Of a stretch of 64,000 nucleotides of DNA, positions 61,601-64,000 are shown in pieces. The position numbers and the translations under genes were made by a program. Source of the stretch: Phoronis australis (taxonomy: Eukaryota; Animalia; Phoronida); assembly GCA_002633005.1 (NCBI GenBank), contig NMRA01000088.1, forward strand, positions 794,437 to 858,436. The letters are read 5' to 3'. Within the stretch, counting starts at the first letter, position 1, and each line of letters begins with the position of its first letter. Below the pieces are notes generated by a model, which was not told where the DNA came from, searched no databases, and was given only the letters and a program-made list of their open reading frames with translations.

Positions 61601-64000
61601 CTTCGATTGGTGACATGTCACTATAATAGTTTAATGGTTACAAATTTTTTATTACATTCATTTTTTATGTTTTCATTTTGTACTAAAGGTGACCGACGAT
61701 ACATTCTAACAAACAGTCATAATTTGTTTCTGGAAGGTTCCACATGGAATGTTCCATGAGTTACACACGAATGGTGGAACCATTTGTCGAATGGCTCATG
61801 TATAATACAGTTCACGCCATAAGTAATCGTACAAAATACCGTTTCCCCCGTCATGGTGGATAATGACCCATGATGATGGGTATTCTAGCAACTGAGATGG
61901 TGAATTCCACTTGCGCTCAGTCGTCGTGACGGGGGAATTCTGGGTAATTTTGTCCGATCATTTTTTATGTGTGCTGTAGCTAGAGGAAGTGATAGCCAGC
62001 AGGAGACTACTGAGTCTCTGGCTTTGTAATACTGTAATAGACTGGCATGATGTTTTGTTACTAGGCACTGCTATCCCAGAAGGCTCCACTGCGTACGTGT
62101 TGACCCAAGACAATGCCGACTTCTGGATCTGGAACGCCAGCTCTGGAGAGCGCTTCAATTATCGAAACAACTACTGCCCTCTGTTGAGTGTTGGTTGTGT
62201 TGTCAACCATGAGAATGTAAGAATTTTGCATGGCTCGTAGATTCCTTCGAGAGATTTATTCATACATTATGATATTGAAAAGCTGAAAAACACTTGTGCT
62301 GTCTTTTAAGTCCTCTTAAGTCCTCTGTTTTAGTCTGGAATGTATTTTTGATTTTAATTTAGAGGTTTTTTGATGTGGCAAGTTGGCATTTCTAATTTTA
62401 CACAATCACACTGTAGCCCCAATGGAGTTCATTGCTATTTTTTGGTCAGATTTGATGCTACCAAATTGACTAACTACTGTTAGAAAGTGTCAATGTGGAC
62501 TTGGTCCAGTTACCATCTCATGAATCTTTAAGGGTGGCAACTGAGAAAACAGTTCGTAATGGTGTAATCAAAATGTCGTCTCATAACAGTTCAGTGGTAG
62601 TAAAAGTGAGGAAAAACATACAGTAAGTCTCCACTTATTTTGCACAAATTAAATTCAATATTGTTTACTGATAATCGAGGTGTGTCGAATAAACCAAATA
62701 ATTAACAGATTTGGTAGTTGACGGGTGTGTGAAATTAAGTGAGTAAGCAAGCACAGCAAACAGGCCATTTGTGAATTTTTCAAATTGATAATTTGTGGCG
62801 TGCGAAATGAGGTGAGTGTGCAAAATAAGTGGAGAATTACTGTAGTTCGAAATCGTCCCTAGTTATTGTCATTTTTAGTGTACAAAACATTCTCTCTCTT
62901 GCAGTTCCCCCTCCCCTGAAACAGTTTTTTTATATGTTGCGTATAGGTTATTTCCAACAGAAGAATTATTAGCGGCTATTTACCTTTCCCTCCACCGTAC
63001 ATATCGTGTGCTTTTGAATGTCGATTGTTATGGTTGATCGCTTACTGTGACATATGACTTCTCAGTTGGTTTTGTGTTGACTTCAGACATTGTCATGCAA
63101 ATGCATACTATGAGCTTGTAATATGCCGTGCTTTTAATAAAAGTTTTTGTCTGTCTGCAGATCTGGGCCAACATCCAACCCGTGGACCAGCCGGCGCGTA
63201 TGACCTTTAACCTGGCTGACACAGGTGCGTGGAAGCCTTTCTTCCACAAAGGTAACCCTGACCCTGGACTGACCAGTGTGCAGGTAGGATTTGGGAGCTG
63301 AATTCTTCCCTCCTTCGTATAGAGCTTGGTTACCAGTGAGGCCCAGTTTAAATTCAGAAGCTATTTTGAGAAAATAACCTCCGCTGAAATATGGTGTGAA
63401 GGCGCAGGTCATGTGATTGGGAAGGTGCAGGTCATGTAATTGGGAAGGCACAGGTCATGTGATTGGGAAGGGGCAGGCCGTGTGATTGGTGACCAGGACA
63501 GTAAGAAGCCTGTTATGTCACAAATCTTTTGGATGTGTCAGTACCTGTGTGTACCATACGCAAAATGTAATTGTGTATTCGTAAGGAAATTCGGCCTTGA
63601 AGTTGCCTTTGCTTCCAAAAATCTCAAGCTAAAAGAATAAGGTTGTAAAACGTTATCAACAAGTCTGTGAAATAAGCTCAGAATGTCATCATGTGTTTTA
63701 TGGTTTTGACAGATGTGCACTGGGATACCAATGAAGAAAAATTCTCTTTCATTTAATTTTTTGAGAAATTTGACAAAATAAAATCATACTTGTCCACCAT
63801 ATCGTGTCTAACTGGAAGATACTATCACTGACACAATCAAGTGTCCACACAACCATCCTCGCACATTATGTGTAAGCTGGTCTTCCACGGTTATTTCAGC
63901 CGGACCACCTAGTGTACGTGCCGACGGAGAAAAACTATGTCCTTGACCTTCAGGACAAGATTGAGAAGATCCTACGCGACAAGTTTATGCAGGTTTGGCG
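4428..64000 (+). CDS. CC2D2A: CC2D2A / MKS6 ortholog (coiled-coil and C2 domain protein 2A), spliced, 35 exons traced, incomplete at both ends
   Basis: Exons joined at GT-AG sites give one open frame with consistent phases. Motifs match human CC2D2A as recalled: [81 protein letters not shown]. Confidence 0.96.
4861..4991 (+). CDS. CC2D2A: CC2D2A exon 2, [10 protein letters not shown]...[14 protein letters not shown]
   Basis: ctgcag/gtatgt sites; resembles human MREKLQAAR. Confidence 0.85.
6844..6917 (+). mobile_element. degenerate tRNA-derived SINE head
   Basis: A-box-like TGGCTCAGCTG and B-box-like GCTTCGATTCC at tRNA-like spacing; stems degenerate. Confidence 0.35.
7149..7182. repeat. (ACAG)n microsatellite
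   Basis: Seen directly. Confidence 0.85.
10524..10628 (+). CDS. CC2D2A: CC2D2A exon 3, [19 protein letters not shown]...DASL
   Basis: tttgcag/gtaagt; 105 nt phase 0/0; resembles human SKAE...PRRLR. Confidence 0.85.
11579..11677 (+). CDS. CC2D2A: CC2D2A exon 4, LTKEEQESE...RVSPTK
   Basis: ttcaatag/gtaggt; 99 nt phase 0/0, open. Confidence 0.8.
13282..13715. mobile_element. Kolobok-like MITE with 30-bp TIRs
   Basis: AGATGCTATGTCTCATTAAATTGTAAATAT / ATATTCACAGTTTAATGAGACATAGCATCT (28/30); flanks TTTA / TTAA; AG termini. Confidence 0.75.
13754..14273. mobile_element. family A ~500-bp Kolobok-like MITE copy
   Basis: TTAA then GTTTATGTGGGACC ... ATCCTATCATAACC; shares internal blocks (CTGTTAGGAATTG, AATTTGGCCATGTTG) with other copies. 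Confidence 0.65.
14980..18685. repeat. direct duplication of ~1.85 kb (14980-16826 and 16828-18685)
   Basis: Near-identical copies with SNPs and indels, joined at single N 16827. Confidence 0.95.
18807..20128. mobile_element. family A composite (partial copy, unrelated repeat, full copy), opposite orientation
   Basis: TTAA-GGTTATGT ... ACATAACC-TTAA; the left-end block recurs near 19605. Confidence 0.65.
20931..21144. mobile_element. palindromic (fold-back) MITE
   Basis: ~95-bp inverted arms, e.g. CATCTTGGTTCTGCATTCA / TGAATGCAGAACCAAGATG, loop ~25 nt. Confidence 0.8.
22210..22407 (+). CDS. CC2D2A: CC2D2A exon 5, [20 protein letters not shown]...QQEAQ
   Basis: tttatag acceptor; matches human PSAEEAYNFFTFNFDPE; donor gtacat, with an alternative in-frame donor after 22287. 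Confidence 0.9.
22903..23186. repeat. CT-rich low-complexity tract containing gap 23040-23128
   Basis: Seen directly. Confidence 0.9.
25769..26543. mobile_element. non-autonomous hAT-like element
   Basis: TIR CAGGCCTTT / AAAGGCCTG; 8-bp TSD TGGCCACA / TGGCCATA; subterminal GGACG/GTCCA repeats. Confidence 0.8.
26037..26334. mobile_element. MITE nested in the hAT-like element
   Basis: Perfect 17-bp TIR TAGTCGGTGGGCCAGAT / ATCTGGCCCACCGACTA plus inner inverted block TGTGAGTACTTT / AAAGTACTCACA. Confidence 0.8.
26714..26787 (+). pseudogene. tRNA-like sequence (tRNA-Lys-related SINE head or pseudo-tRNA)
   Basis: Acceptor stem GTCCCGA/TTGGGGC pairs; A box TAGCTCAGTGG; mutated B box GTTTGAGTCC; anticodon stem disrupted. 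Confidence 0.65.
27560..27633. repeat. (GT)n/(GTGC)n microsatellite
   Basis: Seen directly. Confidence 0.95.
29849..30093. mobile_element. MITE with TIR CA(A/T)GGCTTGGAAT
   Basis: CATGGCTTGGAAT ... ATTCCAAGCCTTG; no clear TSD. Confidence 0.6.
33125..33185 (+). CDS. CC2D2A: CC2D2A exon 6, [20 protein letters not shown]
   Basis: ttttgttgtag/gttggt; supplies the phase 0 to 1 shift needed to join exons 5 and 7. Confidence 0.8.
34026..34151 (+). CDS. CC2D2A: CC2D2A exon 7, VESILDVD...ADYIPYKEK...YVPSVLG
   Basis: cttgtag/gtgggt; resembles human RPADY...FIPS. Confidence 0.88.
35514..35656 (+). CDS. CC2D2A: CC2D2A exon 8 (copy A), [19 protein letters not shown]...ENRLL
   Basis: catcag/gtagga; conserved PRFLE.EGLY.G motif. 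Confidence 0.92.
35965..36107 (+). CDS. CC2D2A: CC2D2A exon 8 (copy B, identical, probable haplotype duplicate)
   Basis: Identical exon 451 bp downstream, across the single N at 35842. Confidence 0.85.
36146..36660. mobile_element. family A MITE copy (opposite orientation)
   Basis: GGTTGTGTTAGATG ... GGGTCCTATATAGCT then TTAA; internal similarity to 19605-20128. Confidence 0.6.
37138..37260 (+). CDS. CC2D2A: CC2D2A exon 9, [17 protein letters not shown]...TEYKK
   Basis: tcttcag/gtacgt; human WFGDDGRILALPNP. Confidence 0.93.
38310..38519 (+). CDS. CC2D2A: CC2D2A exon 10, AVVDEF...[11 protein letters not shown]...LIDK
   Basis: cctgtag/gtatga; conserved [12 protein letters not shown]. Confidence 0.94.
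38996..39129 (+). CDS. CC2D2A: CC2D2A exon 11, LQALKAA...DYKYEIR
   Basis: tttttgcag/gtacaa; human LQALRNA...EYKSEIR. Confidence 0.92.
39700..39765. repeat. 31-bp tandem duplication
   Basis: TCAAGTGCCTGTG.CAGAGAT.ATGTAA twice. Confidence 0.85.
39844..39984 (+). CDS. CC2D2A: CC2D2A exon 12, QARKARNAE...WKALKELR...QIRK
   Basis: ctttcag/gtgagt; phase 2/2. Confidence 0.93.
40121..40389. mobile_element. MITE with inverted ends
   Basis: TCTTTCCAAGCTCATAAACC / GGTTTGTGAGCTTGGAAAGA. Confidence 0.55.
40561..40981. mobile_element. family A MITE copy
   Basis: TTAA-GGGTATGTAGGAC ... GGTCCTTCATAAT; shared internal blocks. Confidence 0.65.
41105..41261 (+). CDS. CC2D2A: CC2D2A exon 13 (coiled coil), ENTNKELEE...KKAK
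   Basis: cctgcag/gtagcg; phase 2 to 0. Confidence 0.92.
42049..42156 (+). CDS. CC2D2A: CC2D2A exon 14, [15 protein letters not shown]...EKER
   Basis: cttgccag/gtgagt; 108 nt. Confidence 0.88.
42442..42641 (+). CDS. CC2D2A: CC2D2A exon 15, EEELQD...EDLVKP...PEL...QCPK
   Basis: ttctgtcag/gtaggt; human EDLVKP...PEL...QCPR. Confidence 0.93.
43620..43712 (+). CDS. CC2D2A: CC2D2A exon 16 (N-terminal C2 domain), FEVARREEV...KVLFNNK
   Basis: tttccag/gtaggt; phase 2/2. Confidence 0.93.
44674..44758 (+). CDS. CC2D2A: CC2D2A exon 17, [28 protein letters not shown]
   Basis: ttacag/gtgagt; human [20 protein letters not shown]. Confidence 0.93.
45163..45319 (+). CDS. CC2D2A: CC2D2A exon 18, IFEARG...VEFSS...GVGS
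   Basis: gttgcag/gtaagt. Confidence 0.93.
45467..45617 (+). CDS. CC2D2A: CC2D2A exon 19, GVPFG...TSG.VS.SVAWA...PP
   Basis: tttacag/gtaggt; phase 1 to 2. Confidence 0.93.
46410..46548 (+). CDS. CC2D2A: CC2D2A exon 20 (copy A), [12 protein letters not shown]...LDPNDPSNA
   Basis: cccatag/gtaggt. Confidence 0.92.
47447..47656 (+). CDS. CC2D2A: CC2D2A exon 21 (copy A), PMAGGGG...[11 protein letters not shown]...DLFD
   Basis: AAG acceptor (tttctcaag) required for frame; gtaagg donor. Confidence 0.9.
48208..48300 (+). CDS. CC2D2A: CC2D2A exon 22 (copy A), VYEKK...[12 protein letters not shown]
   Basis: ttttcag/gtgggt. Confidence 0.9.
49090..49228 (+). CDS. CC2D2A: CC2D2A exon 20 (copy B)
   Basis: Duplicate after the N-gap; one synonymous change (CTC/CTG). 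Confidence 0.85.
50125..50334 (+). CDS. CC2D2A: CC2D2A exon 21 (copy B)
   Basis: Duplicate; synonymous changes GGT/GGC and GAG/GAA. Confidence 0.85.
50886..50978 (+). CDS. CC2D2A: CC2D2A exon 22 (copy B)
   Basis: Identical duplicate. Confidence 0.85.
51324..51462. repeat. 68-bp tandem duplication
   Basis: AATGACGTACAATACC...CACTCTTAC twice, 2 mismatches. Confidence 0.92.
51642..51733 (+). CDS. CC2D2A: CC2D2A exon 23, VREQVIHRF...EDEVPNIG
   Basis: gtacag/gtgagt; human VRESVINRF...EEEVPNI. Confidence 0.93.
52253..52423 (+). CDS. CC2D2A: CC2D2A exon 24, [12 protein letters not shown]...[13 protein letters not shown] (start of C2 domain)
   Basis: attgcag/gtgggt. Confidence 0.93.
52927..52990 (+). 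CDS. CC2D2A: CC2D2A exon 25, [21 protein letters not shown] (variable loop)
   Basis: ttttag/gtatgt; 64 nt supplies the required phase 2 to 0 shift. Confidence 0.82.
53404..53513 (+). CDS. CC2D2A: CC2D2A exon 26, VLVRPFIEV...[10 protein letters not shown]
   Basis: ttctctcag/gttaac; C2 signature. Confidence 0.94.
54163..54638. mobile_element. family A MITE copy
   Basis: GGTTCTGTAGCC ... GGTACTACGTAACC; shared internal blocks. Confidence 0.6.
54914..55010 (+). CDS. CC2D2A: CC2D2A exon 27, [14 protein letters not shown]...[10 protein letters not shown]
   Basis: cttttcag/gtacgt. Confidence 0.93.
55509..55607 (+). CDS. CC2D2A: CC2D2A exon 28, DDRQRG...[18 protein letters not shown]
   Basis: actcag/gtaggt. 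Confidence 0.93.
56642..56851 (+). CDS. CC2D2A: CC2D2A exon 29, [17 protein letters not shown]...FITMEPQL...KEK
   Basis: cttacag/gtatgg. Confidence 0.93.
59690..59893 (+). CDS. CC2D2A: CC2D2A exon 30, [10 protein letters not shown]...[13 protein letters not shown]
   Basis: ccttag/gtgagt. Confidence 0.94.
60185..60388. repeat. 22-bp minisatellite, 9 full copies
   Basis: Unit TGTGAATAACATGTGCCCAAAA, head-to-tail, no spacers. Confidence 0.97.
60929..61018 (+). CDS. CC2D2A: CC2D2A exon 31, [12 protein letters not shown]...CDIWSTCD
   Basis: tttacag/gtgagt. Confidence 0.94.
61464..61560 (+). CDS. CC2D2A: CC2D2A exon 32 (transglutaminase-like domain), [17 protein letters not shown]
   Basis: tcttcag/gtaagt. 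Confidence 0.95.
62065..62216 (+). CDS. CC2D2A: CC2D2A exon 33, [13 protein letters not shown]...IWN...CPL.SVGC
   Basis: ttactag/gtaaga. Confidence 0.94.
62621..62842. mobile_element. Tc1/mariner (pogo/Tigger-like) MITE
   Basis: TA TSD; TIR CAGTAAGTCTCCACTTATTTTGCAC / GTGCAAAATAAGTGGAGAATTACTG (24/25). Confidence 0.85.
63161..63283 (+). CDS. CC2D2A: CC2D2A exon 34, IWANIQ...WKPFF...GLTSVQ
   Basis: tctgcag/gtagga. Confidence 0.94.
63398..63489. repeat. 23-bp minisatellite, ~4 copies
   Basis: Unit approximately GAAGGTGCAGGTCATGTGATTGG. Confidence 0.9.
63900..64000 (+). CDS. CC2D2A: CC2D2A exon 35, truncated by window end, PDHLVY...[17 protein letters not shown]
   Basis: atttcag acceptor; human LQDRIEKILKEKIMDW. 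Confidence 0.92.

Overview
Eukaryotic, intron-rich, AT-rich animal genomic DNA from a draft assembly with three N-gaps and several single-N joins. It looks like a highly heterozygous invertebrate, but the species cannot be determined from the sequence. Almost the whole window is one + strand gene, an ortholog of CC2D2A (MKS6/JBTS9, ciliary transition-zone protein). I traced 35 GT-AG exons with consistent splice phases from 4428 to the window end (about 4.68 kb, about 1560 codons). The start codon and C-terminus are not securely in the window. Three blocks are duplicated across N joins (14980-18685, 35390-36292, 46368-51080), two of them including exons; these are most likely uncollapsed haplotypes. 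The introns hold many non-autonomous DNA transposons (Kolobok-, hAT-, Harbinger- and pogo-like, plus palindromic types). The most unusual items are a tRNA(Lys)-derived fold-back element with two nested insertions (25737-26855), a constitutive exon whose 3' splice site appears to come from a dispersed repeat (38863-38996), a pre-miRNA-like hairpin (48020-48088), and a speculative chain of antisense exon-like islands in the long 5' introns. I found no CRISPR array, rRNA, prokaryotic system or autonomous transposase. All family assignments are by eye and from memory, without database searches.
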